Shown: positions 11,337 to 24,850 of the stretch, piece after piece
Layout: each line of letters begins with the position of its first letter
How positions within the stretch are numbered: position 1 is the first letter of the stretch
Source: Eledone cirrhosa
Lineage: Eukaryota
Reading direction: 5' to 3'
Assembly: GCA_964016885.1 (NCBI GenBank)
Contig: OZ024742.1
Location: 330,088,001 to 330,152,000 of the forward strand
DNA: 64,000 nt
The notes under the pieces: generated by a model
Told to the model about the DNA's origin: nothing
Database searches by the model: none
The model's input: only the letters and a program-made list of their open reading frames with translations
Translations under genes and position numbers: made by a program

Positions 11337-13981
11337 AGGAGGTTATAGTTCACTTGAAGCATTGTGTAATGAGGTATACACGTTTGTATTTGTCAAGCCA
11401 AAACAATGCAGGTATGGACATAGAATAAAAATGCAAATGCAAAAGATATTGTTTACAATTAGTCTTTTACTTTAGATTTATTTAAATGTCCTTAATTTTC
11501 GAGATAATATCTCTTCTTCGGAGGGAAGTAAAGTGGTTAAACCAGTGTTGTAAATAGCTTGCCAGGTCATGCTGACAGGAATGGTATACAGTATCTGTTC
11601 GATCTCTAATGTCAAAGAGTTAAGGTTAGGTGGATAAAGAGTAGTCTCCCTTTAAAAGGGGCTTTTTGTACATGTCTGTTTAGGTGTGTGGGAGAATTGT
11701 GAAGGTATACATATGTGTGTGTGTGTTTGAGAGAAGATATGTCTATACGTAAATGTGGGGGATAGATGTTCTCTCGTGTTAGAACTGGTCTTTGTGTGTG
11801 TATGTGTGTGTGAGAGAGAGAATAAGTGGAGGTGTATCGCGTGTGTGTGTATGTGTGTGTGTTTTTGGAGAATAAGTGGATGTGTAAGCGCGTGTGTGTG
11901 TGTGTGTGTGCGTGCGTGTGTGTGCGCGTGTGTGGGATGGGTGTAAGTATGGGGCTAGATGATCTATCAAGTTATAAACTGGGTGTTGAATTCTAGTCTA
12001 TTATTGATTGGTGGTTGTGTTTTGTGTATAATTAGTGCTTCCTTAATTCTAAGATTGCCGAGGTTTCTTTCCTTAGTTTCTATCCTATCTGTTATGGTTT
12101 TGTTGGTGTTTTTGCATTTCACTAGGTGTTTCTTAAATGAGGAAGCGTTAGTATTGATGTGTTCTGTTTTTCTTATGTGGAGTGGTCTGGTGGTGCTACC
12201 TACGTAGAAGTTGCTGCATTTGTCGCACTCTAGTCTGTATACGACGTAAGCCTGGTGGCATAGGTCTGTGTCTTTGATGGGGCAATTGGCTAGCCTGAGG
12301 CGGTTGTCATGTCTGATGGAGTGTGTTTTGGTTTGCTGTCCGTGTAGAGAAGGTCCTGATTGGACAAGTTTGGTATCCCGTCCCTCTCGTCTGATAGTTC
12401 TGCGGATAGCTGTTGTTGTTTCGTCACTGAATTGTGGGAGCTTCAGTAAGCAAGTATTAGTGACTCGGGTGTGGTGTCCTCTGTTCTTTCTGGCACGGTT
12501 TGTGGTGGATATCGTGTATCCGTTCAGTTTGAGTACTTCCAGGAAATGTGTGGTTTGTGTGTCTCGGTCTCTAGCGTCGGTGCATTTGTTCCGGATACGT
12601 GTAGTTCGTTCCTTATGTATGCGAACTTAACCCGGCTGGGAGGGCCGATCTGAAATGTACAAACAGGTCCCTGCTGGCGGCTTTTTTTTATAGAAGCAGG
12701 TGTGGATGTTGCCTTCCTCTGTTACCCTGAGTTGGAAGTCCAGTAGGGATAGGGATCCGTGGTCAACGGGGTGTTCCATGCTAAACTTTATACTGGCGTC
12801 CATGCTGGAGAATGTTGTGTATATGTTATCCGCCTCCTCACGGGATGATGTAAGAATGAGTATGTCATCTACATATCGGATGAAGAAGGTATGGGAATGG
12901 CAGGTGTTGAGGGCTCGGCATTCTAGCTGGTTCATATAGGTGATGGCCAGCAGGCCCGATATGCTGGATCCCATGTGTAATCCTGTTGTCTGTCTGAATG
13001 TGTGGTGGTGGAGTGAAGTACGTGTTGTCCACTGTGAAGGACAAAAGCTGGTGTATGTCCGTCGGATGGAGACCGTAGCAGTGGATGTCCTCTGCGACCA
13101 CACATTCAGTCAATAAATCGACAGCTGGATGAGCGGGGACTAAGGTGTAGAGAGAGACAACGTCGAGGCTAAAAGCGTATCTATTTAGTTTAAGTTGTTT
13201 TGGCTGGAGTTAGTGTAGTCTATGTATGACTTCGTCGGAGCTACTGACGTTCCCGGGAAAGGTGGAGAGTAGAGGCTTGAGGACCTAGGAGAGGAGCCAG
13301 GAGATTTTTTATAGGGATGATTCTATGCTAGAGACGATGGGTCTTATTTGTGTCTTAGTACTATTCTTGTAGATCTTAATGAGGTGGTAGAAAGTGGGCA
13401 GTCTGCTATTTCTAGTGGTGTAGTTGAGCTTAACTTTATTTGGGAGTTGTCTTCACCTACAAATGTCGAAACAGATGGAGTTGGTGTGTTTTCGATCTGG
13501 GTTGCAGTCATGTCCGGGATCTCTGTATATAGTTCATTGTCACTTAGGTGTTCAAAGGCTAGGTTGTTGTATGTGGCTGGAGAGATGACGCAAATCTCTT
13601 TACCTTTGTCGGATGGTAAGTATATAAGTTCCTTATTCCGTAGGTTCTTCAGGGCTAGTTGTGGTGTCCTGGAGAGATGTAGGGCTATCTTCTTCTGTTT
13701 CCGTAATATGTTAAATACGGAATACTCTTTATCCACCTAACCTTAACTCTTTGACATTGGAGACAGAACAGGTACTCATTTCCTGTCACCATGACTTGGT
13801 AAGCTATTTAGAACACTGGTTTCACCGCTTTGCTTCCCTCCAAAGAAGAGATATTATCTCGAAAATTAAGGACATTTAAATAAATCAAAGGTAAAAGACT
13901 AATTGTCAACAATATCCTTTGCATTTGCATTTGTATTCTATGTCCATACCTGCTTTGTTTTGGCTTTACAAATACAAACGT
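11334..13981 (-). mobile_element. Degraded Penelope-like element (YVDD type) with inverted 5' pLTR and ~47 bp tail
   Basis: 11381-11643 is an imperfect inverted repeat of 13723-13980; tail 11334-11380; TA runs on both sides; internal RT/GIY-YIG remnants. Confidence 0.85.
11990..13720 (-). pseudogene. Frameshifted PLE RT-GIY-YIG ORF
   Basis: LPSDKG, FSLDVVSLY, FRQTTGLHMGSSIS, IRYVDDIL, LLDF, FYKK; then NCPIKDTDLC..YVVYRLECDKCSNFYVGSTTRPLHIR..EH. Confidence 0.85.
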
Positions 13982-14039
13982 TTATATATATATAGTGTGT
14001 GTGTGTGAGAGAGAGGGGGAGGATGATAACATGATGTGG

Positions 14040-15830
14040 ATGGAGTTCATATTTAGATATAGCAACGAATTCCTGCTTAATCTCAACCTACGACATTCCA
14101 CTTTGTATATGTTTGTCTTAAATTGATGGTAGTTTAGGTGACACTTGTGCCAGTTTCTACGGGGCGAGGCGGAATGGTCAAGCACATGAAGCCACATCAC
14201 CACACATGTATACCTGCGCACATTGAAATAGAAAGCATTGGAACTTCATACCGATCTATAACTATATAGGCTACTGAAATTCTGAAAGACAACATTTTCA
14301 AAAGAAATAATTTATATATAACTATATATACATATTATAACTGACACCTTCGGCTTAGTATGTTTGACGGCGTGATTCTTCAGGGTTTCCGGCATACATT
14401 TGGTAGATTGCATACTCTGATAACTATTGTAATAGTGATAACATTGGTTTATTTTCTATGCTACAGAATTCATAAGTTACAAAGGAATAATCTAAAGAAA
14501 ACAGTCAATAAACTTAACAAAGCAATGCTTACGTCGAATATTATATTCGATGGTATATTTTGAAACCTTTAATCTCTCACAATATTGTATATTTAATACC
14601 GTTTAGTATGTACATTTGAGTAGTACTTATCTGATAAATTAATTCTAAAGGAAAACCTAATGCTGTTACAAGACGAATACAATTAAAGTTGTTCATATAT
14701 ACAATATTTCCAGGTAATTTACGAATAAATCAAATTTATTCCCTTAAATAAATCGTAGTCACTAGATAAAGAATACTTATGTCCTTAGCATAACACTTCC
14801 TCTTACATTTACACTTATCGCATTTACCTTCCTAAAAATATAGTTAGAACTTCATACAAGCAAGTGTGTATGAATTATATATGATAATATCAATGTTAGC
14901 AGAATATTATATATCATTTTCAGGGAGAGAGATCTGCAAAAAGAGATCTACGATTAATGTAAAACGTTAGTAACAATTTTGAAAGAACAATTTCTAAGAA
15001 TAGAAAAAGCGGTGCATTACTTAATATAAAAATGCTATTATTTAGCTTAACCCCACATGTAGTTGGAAAAGTAATCCATATCTATCTTATAAAACCTTAA
15101 TAAAGAGAACTATGTAATGCTGTCATTTATATATATATGGTGAGACATATTTCACAAACAAATTAAAATGTGTAGGTTAAATCAAGTTATATGACTTTAA
15201 TTTTGGAGCCCTCTCTGAACAGTTTTAGATTATGATCAAAATGATGCAGAAGCTGCCTGACTCATCGAAGAACCCATGCTAGCTGGAGCAGCTGGAGGTC
15301 ATAAAATTGTTGCTTTCAAGGAAGTGAGTTATTTGTGATCTCACCATTCTCTTAAATTCATTAATGATAACAGGTCTAAGTGGGATCGGACGGTAATTCA
15401 GAGCAAGGGACTTGTTTCAATTTTAGAAAAAGCGTAAGGAAAACTGGGAGAGAAAATGTCCATGGACAGCCTGCTTTCATTGTTTTCTTCTATATATTAG
15501 ATAGAAAGGATGCAGGTTGATGTCTACACTCCATCATGACAATAGGGGATTACTACTTAATTATGTCTATTGCTGCGATATGTATTAGTGAGGCACGCAA
15601 CCTTTACTTTGTAAGTATATGTATATCTTCGAATGGACGTTTGACAGTTTCGAAAATATGTGCTGCTCTTCATTTATGAATGGAACAATCTGCTCCAGAA
15701 TATAACCTATATTCCTTAGATACATATCTTTATTAAATTCATTCGCAAGGAGATTCAGTGTGATGAAGTGTATCACATGACTGACTCGTGTTATATATAC
15801 AGTTATTTGCACAGCCTTGCAAAAAACATC
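14040..15830 (-). pseudogene. Candidate decayed LRR (TLR-like) gene
   Basis: LRR-like fragments in mixed frames: ITLNLLANEF, IFSKLSNV, SLFADLS, YLEILYI, ERLKVSKYTI, VFQNFSSLYSYID, RRLRLSRNSLLYL. Confidence 0.4.
15200..15545. repeat. Old dispersed repeat, second copy near 18600-18900
   Basis: ttggagccct.tct.aa...ttag.....atcaaaatgatgca.aagctgc shared at 15203 and 18602, with patchy colinear similarity downstream. Confidence 0.55.
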
Positions 15831-17716
15831 TTCACGTTAAAATCTTCTTTGTTCTCTCTATCTCTCTATCTTTCCTTAGAAAATGCACGTACTTACACCC
15901 TCGTAGCCACCAACAGTCAATGAGCTAACAAGCACTAGCTGAGAAACAGTGATAACAACAGTAACAACAGAAGCAATGACACCAGTACCAATCCCACAGG
16001 CACAACCTCCTAACTCATTGATACAAGTAATATCAACACCGAAAACAACAAAACTATCACCTGTGACAACACGAATATAAACTACAACAAAACATATCAG
16101 CAATAACAAGATCGTGACAAAAAATATGAGAAACAACAACAAGATCGATAAAAGCATAAATTACACCAACATCAAAACAAGAAAAACATTATTGGACATG
16201 AAAAACGCAAATAAAAAAAATAAGATTGGATGGGCCCAAGCCCCCGAAATAAAATTTAAAGACGCCTAATCAGCATGAAATAGTAGCAGAGTAGCTAAAA
16301 AGAAACTGTGTGTCTACGAACCCGGTGATACAAACGTGTCACACTTTACTTAAGTAGAAAAATCCTTCACATTGAAAGACCAATCGAGTTCGCCAGCCTC
16401 GAGATGTTCTTTAAAATCTAAGTCATTTCACAAAAATATTCTCTGCTCTGTTCCGTTGGCGTGAAGGATTTGTACTCTATTCAACCCATCTTTCAAGAAG
16501 GACTGTCAGGCTGTGTATAACAGATATTTCTCCAGGTCTGAACAGCTGGTGGATCGTGGACTGTGTAGTCCGGGTAGCTGCAGACATACTCCTTATACCT
16601 AAATGCAGCGAAAGGGAAACCTTGTCTGGGATAAATCTGGATATTCTTATTCGGGTGAAGTCAGACGAATTAGAAAACAATGCTGGGACATAGAGGAAGT
16701 TTTCAGAAATTCAGGCATTGTGCTATGAAGATCTGCAATCTAGTCTCTCACCTCAGAGAGAGACCCCTTGTTTTCCTATACCTCAAGCAAATGTTCTTAT
16801 TATAGATTTATTGGTGACTGTTACAGTGTAGTCATTGTAACAGTTCATACAGGTGTTTAAGTGTTATTCTGAATGAAACAAATGATCTTGCTCGATATAA
16901 TGTTACATTGAAATTAATTTAAAACGTATTGAAATATTATTTGCATTATGTAAAACACAATGTGTAGCATTTCGTCATTCTATATGACGTTATTTGACTT
17001 TATTGAAAATGTGGAGTGGAATAGCGAGATATTAATTTTTTTCTGTTGCCTTGGCATTATTTACGCTACCACCATTTAATCTTGTATAATATCAATTTTC
17101 ATGTCTATTTTTGGTGTATTGTAATTACAACGTACAAAAATGTTATTAGATTTGGATTTAAGAACCTATCAGCCATGTCAATCAGCGACTTGTTTCGTTC
17201 CCCTATCCTTCTGACTATTCTTAGTCTAGCCTAATTTGTTTATGATTCGCTAACAAGATATGAGATCGAACCAAGCAACTGGTTTACAGACACCAGCCAC
17301 TTCGACCGCGTGATTTAAAATTGATCCAGCATCTTCAATCATCACAGGATATGTAAATGATCTCACTATTGCATGATTTCCATTAATTTGAACAACAAAT
17401 AAATGATGTATTTGGAGGGGAACTGCGAGAAAAAAACCTGACGAAGTCGGTGAGACACATCTGTACTATTCTAGACTGATATCATGGACCTACATACCTA
17501 CTATCGATTACTCAGTATATCGATTTATCTTGATCAATCAGGCTTCTGAAATATCTTGAAAGAATGAACTGATTATGCACTAAACCTCACTTTTTGTTTT
17601 CATTGATCAACACACATACACATACACAGATAGGCAGACAGCCAGCCACACACACTCACGCACACACACACACACACACGCACGCACACGCACACATATA
17701 CACACTCACACACACG

Positions 17717-17776
<60 letters not shown>

Positions 17777-17780
<4 letters not shown>

Positions 17781-17977
17781 AACGAGTAGGACCCCGACGG
17801 CTGAGCTCAAGCCGTTTCGACGGCTAATTCTTTCAAGATATTTTAGAATTAGCCGTCGCAACGGCTTGAGCTCAACCGTCGGGGTCCTACTGGTTCCTAT
17901 TACCCACTCTACTACCCTAAGTATTGAGTACTTTGGTGCGTTATGGTCCACCTGGTTCCTTACCACATTTCCTTCGT
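17777..17977 (+). mobile_element. Asymmetric foldback element, family X (short copy)
   Basis: ~55 bp arms 17777-17831 and 17845-17899, then a ~78 bp tail nearly identical to 38693-38771; (TA)n on both sides. Confidence 0.8.
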
Positions 17978-18170
17978 TATATATATATATATATATATAT
18001 ATAACCAGACTGTTCGAAGCCGTACTTTTGACTTTTGAAGCATTGGGAATATATGTATATATATGTGTGTATGTGTGTTTTTGTGTGTGTGTGTGTGTGC
18101 GTGTGTATGTGTGTGTTAGTGTGTGTGTGTGCGTGCGTGTGTATATATGTGTGAATATGTGTGTGTGTGG

Positions 18171-18205
<35 letters not shown>

Positions 18206-19902
18206 GAAAGCGCTCAAGCGCAGAATTGCTATAACGATAGCTTATAAACAGAGTGAAGACCACTGAAGGATATAAAAAGAAGTTGCCATCAGCCGCTATG
18301 AGGAATTGAACTCCATATATTCCAGATATCGGTATCTACGTTTCACCCTCAGCACTATCTTCTCGTTTTACATCATTATGCAGCTTTGTTTGAAAGCAGA
18401 AATTGTTCGCTTAAACATTCAATCTGTAATAATTATAAATATTTGGCAACGGATTTATGTATACGTATATATTTAAAATCAGTATAGAGTACTCTCTAGA
18501 ATGTTTTCTTCATATTTCTTTTACTGGATAGGTTCTTCAACAGCATGTTGAGATCAACATTTCCAAAAACCTTGCTGGATCCTGGGTATAAATCATGAGT
18601 GTTGGAGCCCTTTCTAAAACCTTTAGGATGTCATCAAAATGATGCATAAGCTGCGTTTGTCAGTGTCTGCAATCACAAAACCAATGCTTCTTTGAGTTTA
18701 GCAGGTTGAGTTATTGATGGTTTTACCACTCTCTCAATTGTATTAATGAAATGAGAGGTGAGTCATATCGGATGGTAATTAACTGGAAGGAAATTGTTTC
18801 TCGTTTTGAAAACTAGAACAACTGACTAGGATAGAAAATGTTCAACGGTATAGTTTACCCCCAGAGATTAGCTAGCAGGGGATGCAAGCTGACGTCGTGA
18901 CTTCTTCAAGAAAAGAACAGTAAACCTATCGGTGTCTAGTGCAAAGCTGTACTTGTTTATTGCTACAAAATATCAAGCGAACCAATCGTTATTTCACATG
19001 TAGTATGTAAGAGGTTCGCAATCTGAAAACGTCCAGGTTATTCATATCATAATTGTTGAAAATAGTGTCTGATCCATGAATTTAGTAAAACCTTGGGTAT
19101 TGTTATTTTCACCAACCAAGAGGCGGAGAATGGACATTACGGCATTCTATATATTAATCTATGAAATATACGCATCGACATTGAGATTGAAATGCCCAAT
19201 GGCTCATTACAACGGGTAACTCTACTAACAGTAATGCTAATTTTATTTCTAACTCAAACTTTAACATTAATTCTGACATTAGCTCACACACCTCAATTAA
19301 TACTCCCACTTGCACATAAATGCATAATAATATACAAAACGTATACACACTATTTATCTACTTTAATGTATTTTATCATATTCTTGTTTCTCCTTCTCAA
19401 CTCGTCTTATTTAACCTTCTTAACTTGCCGAGAACCGCACGAACTACAATAAACTATACATCCCCCATATATACATGCAGATATATTGATTTATCTGTAT
19501 GACATTACTGTATCTGAATATCCCTACCTCAGGTGGAATTCATCTCTTAAATGTTATGTGAAATTTATTCATTTTATATCTATGGGGTACAAGTGATTTA
19601 GAATTTTTTTGTGTCGGGAAATCTTCCACTTTCCCCTTTCCGATAACTCTTATAAGGATTTACTTCCTGAATATTACAGTAATGAAAACAATGTATTCAA
19701 TATTTTATTTTGCTTTAGTTGTCCAAGCTTATGTAAAATGAATACAAATTTTACGTGAAAACTTTGTCGGATTATAATTTATTCAATACCTAACATACAT
19801 ACATACACGTACACACACACATATATGTATATATGTATATATATAGAGAGATATGTACATATACATCTACATATATCTATAAATATATATATATATATAT
19901 AT

Positions 19903-20887
19903 AAATTAATAAAAATAATGAATAAAAACAAAGAAACAGTTGCTTATATTAAAAAAAATCATCATTTTACGATCGTTTCTAGAATATATATGTGTGTGTT
20001 GGTATGTATATCATATAGATCTATGTAAAATGTTTACAAACTATCAGAGGGAATATACATACCTACACATATATATGCTGTCTTCAGAAATAATGATATT
20101 TGTTTATTGAAAAAACCAACAAATATTTAATATAATAGGTCTGTTTGGGAACAGGTTTTGAATTGACCAATAGAAAGGTAGTAAGTGGTCAAGATGGTAG
20201 AATAGTAGTAATAGTACTTTAATTTAGGGGTGGAGGAAAGCAGATTTCAGTTTTGAATGGAAAGAGTATAATGAATGAAAAAATTATTTTGGGGATGAAA
20301 ATAGGTGAAGTCGGTAAGAGGTACACGAAAAATTGATGTTATAAAAGAATAATGGTAATGTAAATATCTAAGGAGAATAAAATTTTACGATAAATATGTT
20401 AGTGAAAAATATCAATCTTATTTAAAATATAAGGAATTTACATCTATAAAAAGAAAATAAATAAATTAAATTGATAGGTATATTTATATTGATAAATTTA
20501 TATTAATTCATATAGATATGATAAATAAGAATTAGTTGTAAATGAAGAGTGCTGTTACCAACGATGGGAAAATAAAAAAATTATAATTATTATTATTGGG
20601 GAGGAGGGGGGGGGGGGTAAATTTATTAGTGAGAAATAATAAATTTATATAGATTATAAGGAATATAGATTCTTAACCTGAAATTATAATAGTTTATATG
20701 CATACTTATTGGTATAAATTTTAGGAAAAGATAGCTTTAAAAGGGAAATAAAATTATGCAGTTTATTAGTAGTAGAATATTAATTATAGCTTAACTAATT
20801 AAAACAAATGTTATTAAAATAATTTGTAAAGTGTATATTAAATAGGTTTATAATATTTAAAAGTTCTTCTCAATTTATGATTACATG

Positions 20888-20891
<4 letters not shown>
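19903..20891 (-). mobile_element. PLE 3' UTR/pLTR segment
   Basis: AT-rich segment with composition like the 3' UTR at 3535-4637; hammerhead ~55 nt from the (TA)n-abutting end; same strand as the Naiad RT at 21251-23138. Confidence 0.6.
19960..20095 (-). ncRNA. Type I hammerhead ribozyme with ~100-nt stem II
   Basis: Minus strand: cattattt-CTGAAGA (20087-20081)-101 nt hairpin-GAAA (19979-19976)-CGATCG-TA-aaatgatg; 8-bp stem I; palindromic stem III ACGATCGT; GUA site. Confidence 0.8.
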
Positions 20892-20932
<41 letters not shown>

Positions 20933-20935
<3 letters not shown>

Positions 20936-21250
20936 TGGTTTTCATTGACTTTAGGAAGGCCTTTGACTCTGTGGACCGTTACTGCCTGATGAGGATCTTA
21001 CATGCCTATGGAATCCCTAAGAAGATAGTGGACTTGATATCACTGCTCTACACCAACACCAAAGCCCAAGTCATTACCCCTGATGGGATGACAGAGTTCT
21101 TTGAGATACTGGCTGGAGTGCTCCAGGGAGATACATTGGCTCCCTACCTTTTTATCATCATAGTGGACTATTGTATGCGCCTTGCACTGGAGAAACACCA
21201 GGACTCTGGCTTTACTGTAGCACCGGATCAGAGCAGGAGAGTTATGGTGT
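20933..21250 (+). mobile_element. RTE-clade LINE RT fragment
   Basis: VFIDFRKAFDSV, LHAYGIP, GVLQGDTLAPYLFIIIVDY; fused tail-to-tail with the PLE ORF at ~21251. Confidence 0.85.
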
Positions 21251-23136
21251 GCTAAAGAAGTAGAATTCTTAAACATAACATGTTTAAAATTAGAGATATG
21301 AGAATTAAACCTAGTCTTAAAAGTGTTAGATGTAGAGCCTATATACGTGCTATTAAAAGAATTAGTTTTAACCACACAAGCATAAACGATCTTCTTAGAG
21401 AGGCAGTTACCGTTTAAAGGGCAGTTAGCACTCACTCTACAGTTACACTTCCGTGTGTTATTGATCGGCTGAAGTAGTGATACATCGCACGTAGGATTAC
21501 TATGAGATAAAGTCTGCTCTGGTGGTAAGGCATTAACGGATCTATTCTGACTAGTAGCACGTAGAGAGGAGTATCCATCCCTAATTTTCCCATTGTTAGT
21601 GCTAGCTAAATGAGAACTAATATTAGGGGTGGTAGAGAATGAAAGTTTAATTACATTTTTATTAAAAATACTATGGTATTTATTAGTAGGAGGGAAGTTT
21701 TTCTCCAAGATAGAAAAGAATGACCTAGGGATGTTAGTTAATACTTCCTGATTATATGGCGGGTTAAAATAAGTATTTAGTCTCCTTGTATTTGTATCCT
21801 TACCAACTCTACCGTTATCTAATGTCCCATTATTAAGATTTGGGTTACTACAAGGATTAGTTAAAACCACATTAATAGAATCAGCCGAAACTCGATTAAG
21901 TCTCTTTCTCTTTCTACCTCTAGTATATGTGCCGCCATCTGGAGTCATATCAAAAGGATTAGGGCCAATAATAGGATCAGTAGATACAACATTATTAGAA
22001 TTAGGTATATCAAAAGTATTACCAATGGGTGAGCGCTCAGAGGGCTCGACTTGATTCCTAGAAGTATTAGATTCTCTGCTACGAGTCCGGTGGCTTAACC
22101 CATGGATGGGTTCAGATACACCTATGTGATTTCTACGATTCTTATGCTTTCTACTCCCATTCATGGCCATATTATGGGATATTATGTTATTATTATTATA
22201 AGTAAGCGGAGACATTCTAAGGTTACTCTTATTATAATGTATTTTACCAGAGTAACCTGAGTTAGCTAGGGCATTATTATAGTATTCTGCATGTGCATTA
22301 AATGTTCCTACGTCCTTAGAGAGTGTGGAAATCATATTAGATACACCATTAATTATAGAGCGTATCATAGCTTTGGGGTGGTTAGAATTTGGACTAACAT
22401 AAGAGAGTATTTCATTAGGCTTATGGAAGGGTTTAAAACTATTAGTGACCAAGTCCAAAGTCACATCTAAAAAGTTGACCGCTCTATCGTTTCTATCTGT
22501 CGTGATCGAAAGGTTATAGCTTTTAAAAAACTTATAAAGCTTCTTCTTATTATGTTCGACGTTGTTGGTGCTAGAGTTAATCACAAACAATGCATCGTCA
22601 CGATAAAGTCCGCCTTTAAGGTGCGGAAAGGTAACATATAGTTCATTTAAGAGGAACAACCCAACAAGATCAGTTACCTGGGCCGAATCACTCGAACCCA
22701 TTGTAACGTCGAAATTATTGGGCGTGTTTTTACGGGTCCAAAAAGTATCCTCAAAATTAATGATAGTTCTACGGGCTGCTAGTATAATATCTACCTGTGA
22801 TCGTGTAAGGCTGGACACTCTCATAGCCAACATTAAGGCTTTATTAAGGAGGATGGGTGAAATCGATGTGTAATAGGCTTCAATATCGAACTGGATAAAC
22901 TTACTAGATTCAAGTTTATTAATACCAGAGAACCAATCTATAACCTCCTTAGTGTTCCTCCAAAGGTTAAAATTAACCTTCTCCCTAACATCTGGTATAA
23001 TAAGGTCAAAGATTTGTTTTACTAATTATGGCTATATCAGACTTAGAAGGACAGATGAGTCTAACAGAGGGATTACTAATGAAGTCTACCTTATGATCCT
23101 TAAGAGTGAATCTCGGTTCTCTATAGTATTTCAATT

Positions 23137-23138
<2 letters not shown>
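21251..23138 (-). pseudogene. Second Naiad-type PLE RT-GIY-YIG, truncated at both ends, frameshift near 23020
   Basis: EPRFTLKDHK..F..NPSVRLICPSKSD, FIQFDIEAYY, FDVTMGS, GLYRDDAL, FLDVTL, CNCRVSANCPLNGNC, IVY..YIG; the called ORF runs on into antisense RTE sequence after NSTSLA. Confidence 0.88.
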
Positions 23139-23199
<61 letters not shown>

Positions 23200-23230
23200 C
23201 TATATTTCTATATTTCTCTATATATATATA

Positions 23231-23949
23231 TAAAGATAAAAAGATGAAATCGAAAATGCAAAATTAGAGTTGTTGAGATGGAGGGTCTGTTGTTTTTCCC
23301 ATACGGGCGCGAAACTTAATGAACTTGTTCACGTGACACTCATAATTTCATTTATAACCAATCAAATTACATTTATTTAAAAAAGCTATCGTGAGCCACT
23401 TTTTTATTGTCATAAAATTCTCTAAAATGCTACAAAATATATTCCCAAATACGGGCGCGAATTTAATGAACTTGTTCACGTGACAGCCATAATTTCATTT
23501 ATAACCAATCAAATTATATTTTTAAAAAAAGCCTTCGTGGGCCTTTTTTTTAATTAAAATAAATTCAAAGGCTCATATATGAAAAAAACAACCTGAGACC
23601 CCCCCCCCCCCCCTTGTTTGAAGAACTTTGTAACGCGAACTGGCGCGAAATTTATTATACTTATTGACCAAATTACTTCTCATAAAACGTGGTGTTTCGA
23701 GCCATTTTTTCACTTTAAAACAAGTAACATTCCAAGACCAACCAGATGTGAGAAAAACCACAGACCCGCCATCTCATCTCTACTTTTGAAAAGCAGACGA
23801 ACTGCGAAACCAGTAAATGAACCAAATATATATATATATATTTTTTAAAAATAAGACTCCAGTTGCATTTTCGATTTCATCTTTTTTGCTTTATACTTTC
23901 ACTCATGTAGGACACCTCGGTTATTTTTCATTTTGTAAAAAAGGCTTAC

Positions 23950-23956
<7 letters not shown>
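23231..23956 (+). mobile_element. Asymmetric foldback element, family Y, with internal ~110 bp direct repeats
   Basis: taaagataaaaagatgaaatcgaaaatgcaa (23231) pairs with ttgcattttcgatttcatcttttttgcttta (23863-23893); ~63 bp tail; (TA)n on both sides; direct repeats near 23296 and 23443. Confidence 0.7.
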
Positions 23957-23996
<40 letters not shown>

Positions 23997-23999
<3 letters not shown>

Positions 24000-24567
24000 A
24001 CTAGAAATGTATTGACATATATATATATATATATATAAATTAAAAATATGAAACAATCAGAGGGAATAATTTGTAAAGGTGTGTAAGCACACATAGCTAG
24101 GTAGGTAACTAATTAAAGTTTAAATAGAACTTTAAATATAGATACCTTATGAATTGATTAATCTTCCTTGTATATATTTCATTAAATAAATATATTTCAC
24201 CATCAATCGATCGGTAAACCACAGTAGCCAAATCTCGAATTTTCAACAAGGGAGAAGATTTAACTATCTGTGTTTACACAGTAAATCCAAATCCGTGGAT
24301 GACTTGCAGCACGTGTTGCATTTTTTTAAAAATACACATATCGCACCAGCTTCATCCCAGTGGCGTGAATAGGGTTACCGACAAACAGAAATAACAGCCG
24401 AGTCCTTTCAACTCAGTTAGCTCTACAATTAAGGGGCCGTATATATATATATCCAAAATTAAATTAAGGGTGTCATGTCAGAGAGACATGCGCCATATCC
24501 ACTGTAGAATATGCTCCAAGATTCCAATGAATAGATCCGAGCATTTTATATCAACTAGAAATTGATT

Positions 24568-24627
<60 letters not shown>

Positions 24628-24850
24628 ATATATTGTTTAATCTTCCTTGTATATATTTCATTAAATAAATATATTCCACCATCAATCGATCGGTAAACCA
24701 CAGAAGCCAAAATCCGGATTTTCAACAAACACAGCAAACCTAAATCTACGGATGAATTGCAGCACGTGTTGCATTTTTTTAAAATACACATATCGCACCT
24801 GCTTCATCCCAGTGGCGTGAATAGGGTTATCGACAACTAGAAATAGCAGC
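23997..24850. repeat. Imperfect direct duplication interleaved with TA tracts
   Basis: 24140-24395 resembles 24620-24850; tcaactagaaat at 23997 and 24551; 24455-24500 also resembles 38978-39025. Confidence 0.75.

Noticed and set aside
13835-13875. Hammerhead in the pLTR of the YVDD PLE (also 11487-11527)
   Set aside because: The gagat/atctc hairpin and GAAA are present, but the core (CCAAAGA/CCGAAGA) and stem III are broken in both arms; a relic at best
15876-16800. Tx1-like ORF1 low-complexity piece and ERWVE motif
   Set aside because: Compositional resemblance only; could not be aligned to copies A-C
21040-21250. C-terminal ~70 aa of the 597-aa ORF
   Set aside because: It is the antisense of the RTE fragment, not PLE protein
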